From a virus, in IMG/VR virus record IMGVR_UViG_3300011339_000793, positions 32,001-96,000 of that record: DNA of 64,000 nucleotides; one strand, 5' to 3'. Position 1 is the stretch's first letter, and each line of letters begins with the position of its first letter. Position numbers and translations under genes: made by a program. Below, in pieces: positions 52,760 through 61,158 of this stretch. Below the pieces are notes generated by a model. It was not told the origin of the DNA and did no database searches. It saw nothing but the letters and a program-made list of their open reading frames with translations.

Positions 52760-52838
52760 TTCAGTAGGGGAGTCGTATTGTTTCCGACCCCCTAGGTTTC
52801 AGGTCGTTCAGGTGACCAGCGACTTCCCCCCTACTGAA
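52760..52838 (-). ncRNA. Structured 5' leader RNA (candidate)
   Basis: 11-bp perfect stem TTCAGTAGGGG/CCCCTACTGAA plus AGTCG/CGACT and an inner CGACC/GGTCG stem, starting at the predicted +1. Confidence 0.5.
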
Positions 52839-52845
52839 TAACCGA

Positions 52846-52874
52846 ACAATAACACTTATCCGAAAGAAAGTCAA
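52846..52874 (-). promoter_or_regulatory. sigma70-type promoter
   Basis: TTGACT-N17-TATTGT-TCGG. Confidence 0.85.
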
Positions 52875-52975
52875 ATCCAAATCAGCGTGTCTTGTCCAAA
52901 TAGGCGGGCAGAGGTCAATAAGTTATTTGGAAGTGTGACCAGTGATTAATCAAGTTAATCATTTTTTACTTTTTG

Positions 52976-53548
52976 CTACGAGCCGAAGTGTTGAACGCTC
53001 ACATAAATCGGAGGACTCGTGCTTGGGTCGAGCCTAGATGCAATAGTTATTGCTTGTCGTATTAAGGTTTTTGCTGTTCCCAGAGTTCTTTTTCTAGTTT
53101 CTAGAGTAGCAAGTAAAGCCCCCTGTGCGTAACTACTTCCAGAACCAATAGTATAAACACCAGACTCGTCTCTACCCCAAGCGTAGTCCTCGGCTATTTC
53201 ATAGACAGTCCCGTTGATAACTACCAACAACTGACTATCGTGTTCGCCGTCTTTCGAGTAGGACGCTTCCTCAAAGCACTTTTTTAGTTCGGGGATAAAC
53301 ACCGCAGTCATAAACTTATCTAGTCTTACCCCGTAAGCCGTTGGAGAGCATACCGGTGGCTTGAACACATACGCCAGTATGTTGATAGCACGGAGGTCGC
53401 CAGCGCAACCTATTAAGTAATTTCCGTTCTTAAACAACTTGCCATTATCTTTTGGGAGCGTATAAATCTTGCTGTTGTCTTCAGTCACTCTACTGTCGTA
53501 ACCAATGACAGCCCATGACTCACCCTGAACGGCTGCAATAGTAGTCAC
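52976..53548 (-). CDS. Ntn-hydrolase, HslV/proteasome beta-subunit-like protease
   Basis: N-terminal (M)TTIAAV...DSRVT, K at about 35, GSGS.YA.GAL. Confidence 0.85.
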   Translation of the reverse strand: MTTIAAVQGESWAVIGYDSRVTEDNSKIYTLPKDNGKLFKNGNYLIGCAGDLRAINILAYVFKPPVCSPTAYGVRLDKFMTAVFIPELKKCFEEASYSKDGEHDSQLLVVINGTVYEIAEDYAWGRDESGVYTIGSGSSYAQGALLATLETRKRTLGTAKTLIRQAITIASRLDPSTSPPIYVSVQHFGS

Positions 53549-53579
53549 GCTTTTACTCCCGTTCGTTTTTTACTTTTTG

Positions 53580-53834
53580 CTATGACTCGAAGCCGTCCCA
53601 CAAATCTTTACGGAGTTGTTCATACCTGTCGCCATGATGCCCGTTGTATTTGTTTGAGATGTCCTCGTCCCTCAGAAGATAGTCTAGCGAAAGAACGGCA
53701 ACGCAATCGGGCTCGTCAAACATAATAACCAGTTTTGTATCCCCGTCCTCAGGGTTATCTACAATGGCACAGATAAAAGGCAAGCCACCCCCGTTCGGGT
53801 GGTAGTCCTTAGCCACTATCTTCATGCTTCTCAC
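53580..53834 (-). CDS. Hypothetical protein
   Basis: 84 aa; YHPNGGG..F..AIV. Confidence 0.7.
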   Translation of the reverse strand: MRSMKIVAKDYHPNGGGLPFICAIVDNPEDGDTKLVIMFDEPDCVAVLSLDYLLRDEDISNKYNGHHGDRYEQLRKDLWDGFES

Positions 53835-53885
53835 GCCTAAAAGGTTAGCGGTGCTTGCCGAAGGTGATTTGCTCCTAAAACACTA

Positions 53886-53914
53886 AAGCCCCCGAGATTG
53901 GAGTTTCGGGGGCA
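53886..53914 (-). terminator. Hairpin / terminator
   Basis: aaagcccccga...tcgggggc. Confidence 0.6.
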
Positions 53915-53990
53915 TAGCGGAGCGCAGAAGGGAAAGGGTATTCCTTGCGCTCTATGTCGCCGTCAGAAAGGGGGGAGACGGCAACACTAC

Positions 53991-54332
53991 TTATAGTTTA
54001 TCAAGTATTTCTAGAGGCACAATGACATCTGCTGAAATTACCTGTCCGACAGAGTTCGTTCTAGCGAACCTGCCTTTCGGGTTATCAAACCTGACAGTTA
54101 CCTTTGTTCTACGAATACCAACCACCGAGCCAACTTCGCCTCGGAGGTATTTAGTTCCGCATCTTTCGTTTATGGTAATTCTGTCTCCTACAACGAAATC
54201 ATCTATTTTTACTTTTTCCTTTAGAAGTTCTTTTCGTTCTTGGATAACTCTGCTTAGTTCGGATAAGTTTTTATCTAACTCACCTCGTTCTATCTTGTCG
54301 CAGAAAGATACAAATAAGTCTAAATTACTCAT
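53991..54332 (-). CDS. Hypothetical protein with SH3/KOW-like C-terminus (start probably 54332)
   Basis: DFVVGDRITI...G.VGSVVGIRRTKVTVRF; overlaps stop of upstream gene. Confidence 0.65.
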   Translation of the reverse strand: MSNLDLFVSFCDKIERGELDKNLSELSRVIQERKELLKEKVKIDDFVVGDRITINERCGTKYLRGEVGSVVGIRRTKVTVRFDNPKGRFARTNSVGQVISADVIVPLEILDKL

Positions 54333-54567
54333 CAAAGTCGTTGTCATCAAGTTCCTCCCCTGCCTCATCAACAACTCCAATGCTGTTGGAAACGGAGGCA
54401 ACATCAAACCCGTAGTATTCTTTTACGAATACAGACGCCACACGGACACTAAAGTCGTGTTCGCTTTCGTCTTCGTTGCGTAAGTTGTTGTCAAGAACGA
54501 CAGTAGTCATCAAAGTAAAGTAATCTCCAACAAACATTACTGTTCTTGACAGGTTTATGTTATCCAT
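54325..54567 (-). CDS. Hypothetical protein
   Basis: 80 aa in operon. Confidence 0.7.
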   Translation of the reverse strand: MDNINLSRTVMFVGDYFTLMTTVVLDNNLRNEDESEHDFSVRVASVFVKEYYGFDVASVSNSIGVVDEAGEELDDNDFDE

Positions 54568-54712
54568 TTACGCTCACCTCGTAGTCAATTAAAACTTTTA
54601 GTTGGCTCTCATCTATAACGCTAGACAATCTGCCAACTAGATACTCAACGGCATTATCTCCGTAGTTGTCTCTAACTAACCGAGCAAGAGTGTTTTCTGC
54701 TTCTGTCCTCAT
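54560..54712 (-). CDS. 50-aa hypothetical protein (not in ORF track)
   Basis: MRTEAENTLARLVRDNYG...; ATGA coupling. Confidence 0.6.
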   Translation of the reverse strand: MRTEAENTLARLVRDNYGDNAVEYLVGRLSSVIDESQLKVLIDYEVSVNG

Positions 54713-54939
54713 TTGTTTAGTTCCTCCACATAGTTACTAAACTTTGTATCAAGTTCATCAGAAGTCGTGCCCTCAGGTAGAGGGTAAAACTTTCCCTCAC
54801 CTTGATACGAGTAATCCCAAGTGCCTAAGGACTCGTTCCAAATAGTTCCGTCAGGAAACCGCACTTCTTCGCTATCAACATCATGCGACCAAGTTTTGGT
54901 TTCATCATCATACTTTACGATAAAGTGGTGTTCAGCCAT
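54709..54939 (-). CDS. Hypothetical protein
   Basis: 76 aa acidic. Confidence 0.7.
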   Translation of the reverse strand: MAEHHFIVKYDDETKTWSHDVDSEEVRFPDGTIWNESLGTWDYSYQGEGKFYPLPEGTTSDELDTKFSNYVEELNK

Positions 54940-55211
54940 TATCGTTCCTCGTCCGTGGCTTGCTCAATGTGTTGAGCGAGTGCTTCGGGGTCTGCCCCAG
55001 CACTAACAAGAACCTTGCGCCATAGGTTCATAGCACCATACTTCTTGTCCATCATAAAAAATAACTTATCCATAGAAGTATCTTTTTTGTTCTGCCACTT
55101 CTCAATGTCATCATCAAACATTGTTATCAACAATGCCAATGACATTGTTAGCAGACTAACTTCTTCCTCAGATACCTCTACCTGTAATACATTTGTTTCA
55201 TTGTCAGCCAT
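54939..55211 (-). CDS. Hypothetical protein
   Basis: 90 aa; SD GAAAGGGG. Confidence 0.7.
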   Translation of the reverse strand: MADNETNVLQVEVSEEEVSLLTMSLALLITMFDDDIEKWQNKKDTSMDKLFFMMDKKYGAMNLWRKVLVSAGADPEALAQHIEQATDEER

Positions 55212-55239
55212 TTGCTGACCCCCTTTCTTTCTAAACCGA

Positions 55240-55268
55240 ACAATACACTATCTGACTATAAAAGTCAA
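55240..55268 (-). promoter_or_regulatory. sigma70-type promoter
   Basis: TTGACT-N17-TATTGT-TCGG. Confidence 0.85.
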
Positions 55269-55642
55269 ATCTCTTCTTCTTGCGTGTTGCCACTAAACAT
55301 TTCAGAGATAGGCATAAAGTCCAACATCTCTAATTGTTCGTTGAAACACTCCACTTGGCAATCTTTACAGAATTGGTTGTTCCTAAACTGCTGAGCAACT
55401 TTTAGCCTATAAAACCTTTCAAGGCTTGCCTCAATGGCTTCTTTTTCCCCTGAGGTAAGAAGGTCAGGGTTTTCTTTTCCTTTTTGGCACATAGGTATCC
55501 ACATAGTGTCTTCTGTAATTTTTATTTCATCTTCGGGATTATCTTCGGGTGTCCATACAGGTTCGTATTGGTGAAGCCCTGTCTCTAGTATTTTTGAGAC
55601 TTTCTTGAAATTAAGTGGTTGTTGATAGTTGTTGTCTGACAT
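55265..55642 (-). CDS. Hypothetical protein with Cys motifs
   Basis: 125 aa; C...CKDC..C; SD GAAGGGG. Confidence 0.65.
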   Translation of the reverse strand: MSDNNYQQPLNFKKVSKILETGLHQYEPVWTPEDNPEDEIKITEDTMWIPMCQKGKENPDLLTSGEKEAIEASLERFYRLKVAQQFRNNQFCKDCQVECFNEQLEMLDFMPISEMFSGNTQEEEI

Positions 55643-55689
55643 ACCGCCCCTTCGTTTGTTTTTTACTTTTTGCTATACAACTTTTTTTG

Positions 55690-55726
55690 TAAAGAAACCC
55701 CCCACCCTTTTGAGGTGAGGGGCTTC
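55690..55726 (-). terminator. Intrinsic terminator
   Basis: aaagaaaccccccacc...ggtgaggggctt. Confidence 0.7.
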
Positions 55727-55734
55727 TATAACAA

Positions 55735-56241
55735 TTACTTTACTAGGTTCGCTAGGAAAGTTGTTAGGGCTATCTCCAACTCGGGAGAGAGTTCCGCATC
55801 ATTTTTCATCTGTGGAGTTTTCATTACAGGTGAAACTTTGGTGCTGGTGTAGTCAGCGAATAGGGATACAAGGTGTGGGTTCGCTTTCAAGAGTTCTTCC
55901 TTGTCTAAGGACTCACGATTTTGTGTTCCAATAACAACTACTGGAACTCCTGCGATAGTGCCTTCTTTGGCGATACCGACCCAAGATGAGCCGATTTTTA
56001 CATAACCAAGCAGAGCGTAAAGTTCTGCCTGTGTCTTTTCGTAATTTGCCTCTAGGCGTGATTTAGCAGTTTTGATAGCCTGAAACTTCTTTAGAAGTTT
56101 CTTGGCGTCTGCGCCACTTGTTGCGTTAGCATCAAGTGCTATGGAGATTGTTTCTCCGAGTTCAACCGAGATAGTTTCCTTAGTCTTTTTGACTAGGGCT
56201 ACTTCCTCGCTATTGAACTTTATGTCATCTTGATTTGACAT
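55735..56241 (-). CDS. Coiled-coil hypothetical protein
   Basis: 168 aa; SD GAAAGGA. Confidence 0.75.
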   Translation of the reverse strand: MSNQDDIKFNSEEVALVKKTKETISVELGETISIALDANATSGADAKKLLKKFQAIKTAKSRLEANYEKTQAELYALLGYVKIGSSWVGIAKEGTIAGVPVVVIGTQNRESLDKEELLKANPHLVSLFADYTSTKVSPVMKTPQMKNDAELSPELEIALTTFLANLVK

Positions 56242-56318
56242 AGTGTCCTTTCGTCATTTCCGAGAGAGAAACCTTTTCACTCCCTAAGTAGTTGAACCTT
56301 GTTCATCTACTAAACCGA

Positions 56319-56347
56319 ACAATACACTACCGACCATAGAGAGTCAA
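56319..56347 (-). promoter_or_regulatory. sigma70-type promoter with hairpin leader
   Basis: TTGACT-N17-TATTGT-TCGG, then TAGTAG-ATGAAC/GTTCA-ACTACT hairpin. Confidence 0.85.
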
Positions 56348-56388
56348 ATCCAAATCAACACTTGCCTATGTGTTTTGTATCACATAGT

Positions 56389-56574
56389 CTAGTCCTCGAC
56401 AGGCTCGACTTCTATCTCTGTGGCACGAGCAAGGTCGTGCCCATACTCGTTCTCCAGCCAATCTCGGGCAAGGGCTTCAGCACCCCTTTGGGTTTCCGAA
56501 CTTACCTCTGTCCCGAAGTGTGAGATGAAGGTTGCTTTCCAAGTTTTATTCATCTCCAACAACTCCTTGCGCAA
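56389..56574 (-). CDS. Small hypothetical protein
   Basis: 61 aa; true start may lie slightly downstream. Confidence 0.6.
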   Translation of the reverse strand: MRKELLEMNKTWKATFISHFGTEVSSETQRGAEALARDWLENEYGHDLARATEIEVEPVED

Positions 56575-56773
56575 TCTCTACGAAATCTTCGGCAGCCGAA
56601 CTTTGGAAGTGCCACTCCCCGTCCTCATAGTTTTCTACAACTAATGACCATTGAGTTTCGGATAGAGAAGGTGCGCCATAGCCTTCAATAGTTTCTTTGT
56701 CCCAATACGCAACTATCAGTTCCGTATCAGGTGTGTATGCCTGTAATTGCTCAATTAAATCTTTTACTCTCAT
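56546..56773 (-). CDS. Small hypothetical protein (MRVKDLIEQLQ family), paralog of 63484-63735
   Basis: MRVKDLIEQLQAYTPDTELIVAYWDKETI versus MKTRDLVDQLQKYDPDEEVIALVWYKDTF. Confidence 0.75.
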   Translation of the reverse strand: MRVKDLIEQLQAYTPDTELIVAYWDKETIEGYGAPSLSETQWSLVVENYEDGEWHFQSSAAEDFVEIAQGVVGDE

Positions 56774-56799
56774 TTTTACTTTTTGCTTCCTCTCTCGGT

Positions 56800-56979
56800 T
56801 TATGCCACTAACAAACGAACATTGTTTGCTAGTTGCTTTACTGCTATCGGTTCGTGGTCATAAGCCATGCCCTCGTCCCAGCCACAAATCGGTGCTTGCC
56901 ATTTATCAAGCCACAACCCGTAGGTGTCCCGTTGTATCTCCCACCCGCAACTCTTGCAGGTATCCGTGCCGTTTGTCAT
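56800..56979 (-). CDS. Small Cys/His protein (start revised to 56979)
   Basis: TAATG coupling; CKSCG...C...H. Confidence 0.65.
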   Translation of the reverse strand: MTNGTDTCKSCGWEIQRDTYGLWLDKWQAPICGWDEGMAYDHEPIAVKQLANNVRLLVA

Positions 56980-57398
56980 TACTTCTCTCCCGTCATAATC
57001 ATTTCGCTTGCCCGTCTGTCTTTGAGATAAGTTTCCGCATAAGCAATAGCCTCGCTTATTTCGTGTGATACACAATCAAGATGCTCGCCATAGCAGTAGA
57101 GGTCGAACCAAGAATTACTCGCCCAATCAAGAAGCCCTTGTTCGTTTGCCAATCGCAACGCATCATCTGTGGTCAAGCCAGCGTCTATAAAATCTGAAGG
57201 GTCATACAGACTACGAACAACTTGCCCTTGTGGTGAGTCGAGTAGATGCGCTTTTGTTTCTCCGTCACAGTAGATGTCCACCGCAAAGCCTTCATAAGAA
57301 ACTGTCGCCAATAATCCAAAGCCCGTAAAAAAGATAGCGTCCTGTTGTTTTGGGTCGGGCGCAACGCCTGACCTGTAATCTACTTTTACTTCAGACAT
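56979..57398 (-). CDS. Hypothetical protein (start probably 57398)
   Basis: SD GAAAGGA plus AAAAGTAAA spacer before ATG 57398. Confidence 0.7.
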   Translation of the reverse strand: MSEVKVDYRSGVAPDPKQQDAIFFTGFGLLATVSYEGFAVDIYCDGETKAHLLDSPQGQVVRSLYDPSDFIDAGLTTDDALRLANEQGLLDWASNSWFDLYCYGEHLDCVSHEISEAIAYAETYLKDRRASEMIMTGEK

Positions 57399-57531
57399 TT
57401 TACTTTTTCCTTTCGTCATTTTGTTTGTTAGGTGTGTCGGTTCGGTTCTGTGGTGAGAGATTGTAGAGAGAGATTATTGTGTTTGGAAGGACACCCTCAG
57501 CCCTACACCCGAACCGACACCTGTTAGAACA

Positions 57532-59343
57532 TTAGGCAACTGCCCTTTGTCCAACTTTGTTTAGGACTCGCATAGCAGACATACCGATAATTTCGGAAGC
57601 CTCTGCTGGATTACTTATGTCTCTAACAACTTCTGCGTATCCTTGCCCGAGTTTGTTAGCAGTATGTCCATTGTCGAAGGGAAGCCACAGAATTGCTACA
57701 CCTGCTTTTTCACACTTCTTTACAATCTCCATACACGACTTTGTTTCCTCAGGTGTGTATTCTCCGTCAGAAACAATAACTAGAAGTCTTGCCCCATTTC
57801 CGTAGAGCAATCCTAGAGTTCCGTCTAGTGCCTTGAACGCTTTAGTGAACTTCTCAGTTCCGTCCTGAGCAGTAAAGACTTTTACCTGAGGCAACTTCTG
57901 CCCAACGCTAAGTGTTGGGAATACATCATTTCCGTAATAGACCATAGCGCACTTACCTTGAATACGATTTACTGCCTCAGACATAACCCACGCAGTAGTA
58001 GCCATAGGGTTCATAGCAGAGCCCATTGAGCCCGAGATGTCCACCATAACTCCAACTGTAAGTGTTGGTTCGTCTGTGTGCTTACGAACAGTTTTACGGA
58101 AAGGATTTTCGTTTTTCATAACTCCCATTGAACGAAGTGCCTTGTTCTGCATAATTGCTTTAGTGCGAAGTCTGCCCGGAGGAGTAGCACTAGCAATTTC
58201 TTTTACATCTCTTTCACGATACTTTGCTTTTTCAAGCAACTGACTAATACGAACAGAGGCAGAACGCTCTAACGAATTAGGTTCTCTTTGTTCAACAAGT
58301 TTGCTATTGCTCTTACCAACACCTACACCTGTTGATTTATCAAAGACCTTGTTCGCAACTTCTTTGTTTTCTGCTTGCTCTTGTGCTTCTGAGGCTTTTG
58401 CTTGTGCCTCATCTTTCCAATCCTCTAATTGTTCTTGGTCAGCAAGTTCGTCAAAGTTAGACATCTCTATGTTTTCCGCAATCTCTTTTAGAGTTTCCAT
58501 AATTGCGTCTGCGAGTTCTTTTGGCATAGGCATACCTTTTGGCGCAGGAACACCGCAACCACCCTCAGGATTTTCATTAGGAGTCTCGCCTCTTTCTTTA
58601 CCAATCTTGCGAGCCAACTCAGCCCAATCTTTTGCTATTGGATAAAGTTCTGTTGCGTCTGAGTGCTTGTCGTGGCGTTGTGCCATGCGTGCTAACTCAC
58701 GGAAAGCATTTAGGTTGTCCTCACCTATTTGGCTTTTTACCCACTCATCTATTTCGGCAACTTCTCTTATAGAAAGAATACCTGCTTCAACTCGGGCGTG
58801 AACAAGACCTATGAGATTTGTAATTGCTATTGTTGGTTGCTGATTGTCGAAGGCTTCTTTAGCATCTCCAATAGCAAGTTCCATAGCGCAAGAGCGAAGG
58901 AAAGGCTTAGCCTTACTATCTCTTAGCAATCCTTGATACTCAATGCGACCTTCCTCTAACAACATCAAGGCTTCATACTCATCTCGCTTTAGTTCTTTGT
59001 ATGCGTCAGGCATAGACCATTGTGAGAAGCGAGCATGGAAGGCTTCGTGCATAATCGCACCTGTTGCCATTGGAAACTCGTATTGTGTTTTACGAAGTGT
59101 TATGTCGCCTATGTGGTCAGGAGTAATTCCATTTCCGAAAGCAACTTCAACATTTACTTCTACTTCCGCAGTTTGCGGGTTGTAGCAAGCGGGGGCAGAG
59201 CCACCCGCACCGGGACCTACATACGCAACAAGGTCGTCTCTGTGAGACCACTTGTTCGCTAGGTATCCAACATCTCTACCAATTTTGAGCCACTCAACTG
59301 GCGTTGCTTGCGCTCTAGTTTCACCACTTTTTATGTGAGCCAT
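57532..59343 (-). CDS. vWA (MIDAS) domain protein, CobT/MoxR-partner-like, with N-terminal HExxH motif
   Basis: MVDISGSM MIDAS, T in TAQDGT, IVSDG; IMHEAFH zincin-like motif. Confidence 0.9.
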   Translation of the reverse strand: MAHIKSGETRAQATPVEWLKIGRDVGYLANKWSHRDDLVAYVGPGAGGSAPACYNPQTAEVEVNVEVAFGNGITPDHIGDITLRKTQYEFPMATGAIMHEAFHARFSQWSMPDAYKELKRDEYEALMLLEEGRIEYQGLLRDSKAKPFLRSCAMELAIGDAKEAFDNQQPTIAITNLIGLVHARVEAGILSIREVAEIDEWVKSQIGEDNLNAFRELARMAQRHDKHSDATELYPIAKDWAELARKIGKERGETPNENPEGGCGVPAPKGMPMPKELADAIMETLKEIAENIEMSNFDELADQEQLEDWKDEAQAKASEAQEQAENKEVANKVFDKSTGVGVGKSNSKLVEQREPNSLERSASVRISQLLEKAKYRERDVKEIASATPPGRLRTKAIMQNKALRSMGVMKNENPFRKTVRKHTDEPTLTVGVMVDISGSMGSAMNPMATTAWVMSEAVNRIQGKCAMVYYGNDVFPTLSVGQKLPQVKVFTAQDGTEKFTKAFKALDGTLGLLYGNGARLLVIVSDGEYTPEETKSCMEIVKKCEKAGVAILWLPFDNGHTANKLGQGYAEVVRDISNPAEASEIIGMSAMRVLNKVGQRAVA

Positions 59344-59388
59344 TTGCTCATCTCCCTTTTCTATTAGGCTTCCAATCCCAATACCTGA

Positions 59389-59417
59389 ATAATACTTGTT
59401 CGTTCTGTTATTGTCAA
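59389..59417 (-). promoter_or_regulatory. sigma70-type promoter
   Basis: TTGACA-N17-TATTAT. Confidence 0.85.
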
Positions 59418-59426
59418 ATCGTGTCT

Positions 59427-59455
59427 AGGGGGTGGGTGAACGCTCCCACCCCCCG
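59427..59455 (-). terminator. Hairpin / terminator
   Basis: gggggtggg...cccacccccc. Confidence 0.65.
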
Positions 59456-59481
59456 ACCAGCCCTGCCTATCTAAGGGGGTC

Positions 59482-60540
59482 TTAGATTTTGGCAGGTTTC
59501 ACTTCCTCACCGAACGCCCTTGAAAGGACATCTGCGATAGTTGCTCTATCGCTTTCAGGTGAGGACGAGATTAGGTTTGCGAGAGCAAACGCAGTTCCGA
59601 AAGTTGTTGCTATGTCTCGGAAGGCAAGCAACTCACGCATTTGTGGAGACCAACTAATTTGGTTATCCAGTTGCTTACGATAAAGATTTTGTGCCGAAGT
59701 GATTAGCAAACTTGGAACACCCAACTTCTTTGCGAGTGCGTAGTCAGTAGTCATTTCAACTTGTAGAGTGAAGCGAGAAGTCAATGCCTCAGAGATACGA
59801 ACTCCGGGGGCATTAGGGTTGGTAGCACTCACCACAAAGAAATCAGGGTGAGCCTTGATAACTCCACGCTCGGGATTAGCAGAAACAACTAACTCTCTGC
59901 GTCCGTCCATTGTTCCGTAAAGTATTGCGAGAACCTTTGGGTCAATCAAACCAATTTCGTCAATGAAATAAACCCAACCATTTTCCATACACTTTATTAA
60001 ATCTCCGTCAATCCACTCAAAGTTTCCACTTGGAGTTTGGACATAAGAGCCAATTAGGTCAGAGACTTCAATGTCTCCGTGTCCTACGAGTGTTCTCATC
60101 TCCGCACCGAAGGTTGCTTCAACGAGAGCAGTTTTACCTGTACCTGGCGCACCATAGAACATAGGGAACATAGGTGAACCTACACCTGTAATAACTGCTT
60201 GCTTTGTGGCTTCTTTAGCATTACGCAAAGCCATAACATCTTGATGCTCTCCCCAAGAGCGAGCATAGTAAATAGCACCATTAGGTCTTAGATAACTGTC
60301 CACTCCAATAATTGCTTCTACTTGTGGCAGTTCCATTTTCAACCTTGACTTTCGTGGCGCACGCTCTGAACCAACTGCTCGCTCAACATAGCGACCAGCA
60401 GGTAGAACTTGTGAACTAAGTGCGACAGTAGCCTTTTCATTTATCCCCTGAGTAGCAACTAGTTCGATAATTTCCCATAGCGTTGGAGATGAGTTAGGAG
60501 TAATCACTCCATACTTATCTTTTGCTTTTATTGCGTCCAT
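59482..60540 (-). CDS. MoxR-family AAA+ ATPase (CbbQ/NorQ/CobS-like)
   Basis: Walker A GAPGTGKT, Walker B YFIDEI, sensor-1 ATNP, EALTSRF. Confidence 0.92.
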   Translation of the reverse strand: MDAIKAKDKYGVITPNSSPTLWEIIELVATQGINEKATVALSSQVLPAGRYVERAVGSERAPRKSRLKMELPQVEAIIGVDSYLRPNGAIYYARSWGEHQDVMALRNAKEATKQAVITGVGSPMFPMFYGAPGTGKTALVEATFGAEMRTLVGHGDIEVSDLIGSYVQTPSGNFEWIDGDLIKCMENGWVYFIDEIGLIDPKVLAILYGTMDGRRELVVSANPERGVIKAHPDFFVVSATNPNAPGVRISEALTSRFTLQVEMTTDYALAKKLGVPSLLITSAQNLYRKQLDNQISWSPQMRELLAFRDIATTFGTAFALANLISSSPESDRATIADVLSRAFGEEVKPAKI

Positions 60541-60561
60541 TGTAGTTTATCCCCCCTTTTC

Positions 60562-61020
60562 TTATACTAACTCTGCGGGAAATCCGAGTGATTTCCTAGA
60601 GATGTTTATACGATAAAGAACCTTGTTAGGTGTGTTTCCCTTCGCTATGTCGTCAGCATCAAAGCGAGAGATTTCTGTAAGGATTGGCTTTTGACGGATT
60701 TTCCAACCATGCTTGATTAGTTCATCAAACATAGCGAGCCCATACCTCATGCGTTGTTCTGTGAACTCTGAAACATTTTCCTCAGAGATTTGACGACCTT
60801 CGTCTAACAAACCTTTTACAGACTCATGTCGTAGAGTGGTGGTGCGCCATTGTTTCTTTGGCGATACAGGAGTTATGACTCTCCTATGTAAAGCCATAGG
60901 AACTAGGTTTCCCGAGTTGCTATAACAATCAGGAGTAATAAGCATTTGCATAGTTTCGCCGACATTTTCGAACTCGGCATAAACCGCAACCCCCTGAACC
61001 TTCTTTTCTTTTTCTAGCAT
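60562..61020 (-). CDS. Hypothetical protein
   Basis: 152 aa upstream of AAA; SD GAAAGGA. Confidence 0.75.
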   Translation of the reverse strand: MLEKEKKVQGVAVYAEFENVGETMQMLITPDCYSNSGNLVPMALHRRVITPVSPKKQWRTTTLRHESVKGLLDEGRQISEENVSEFTEQRMRYGLAMFDELIKHGWKIRQKPILTEISRFDADDIAKGNTPNKVLYRINISRKSLGFPAELV

Positions 61021-61080
61021 TTGTTTTCCTTTCGTATGTAAGTGCTAGGCGTTCATTTCTTATTCAGTTGTATAAAGCGA

Positions 61081-61110
61081 ACTTTACACTACGGGGGTCA
61101 ATTCTGTCAA
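61081..61110 (-). promoter_or_regulatory. sigma70-type promoter
   Basis: TTGACA-N18-TAAAGT-TCGC. Confidence 0.7.
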
Positions 61111-61158
61111 GTCTATTTTCATAGATGTTTCTAGGTTTTCCCCCCTAGTGTTCGTATC

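Noticed and set aside
52760-52838. Hammerhead ribozyme (GUC, CUGAACGA, GAAAC)
   Set aside because: Core has an extra base relative to CUGANGA, its CGA is used in a stem, and no stem I can form between GUC and CUGA.
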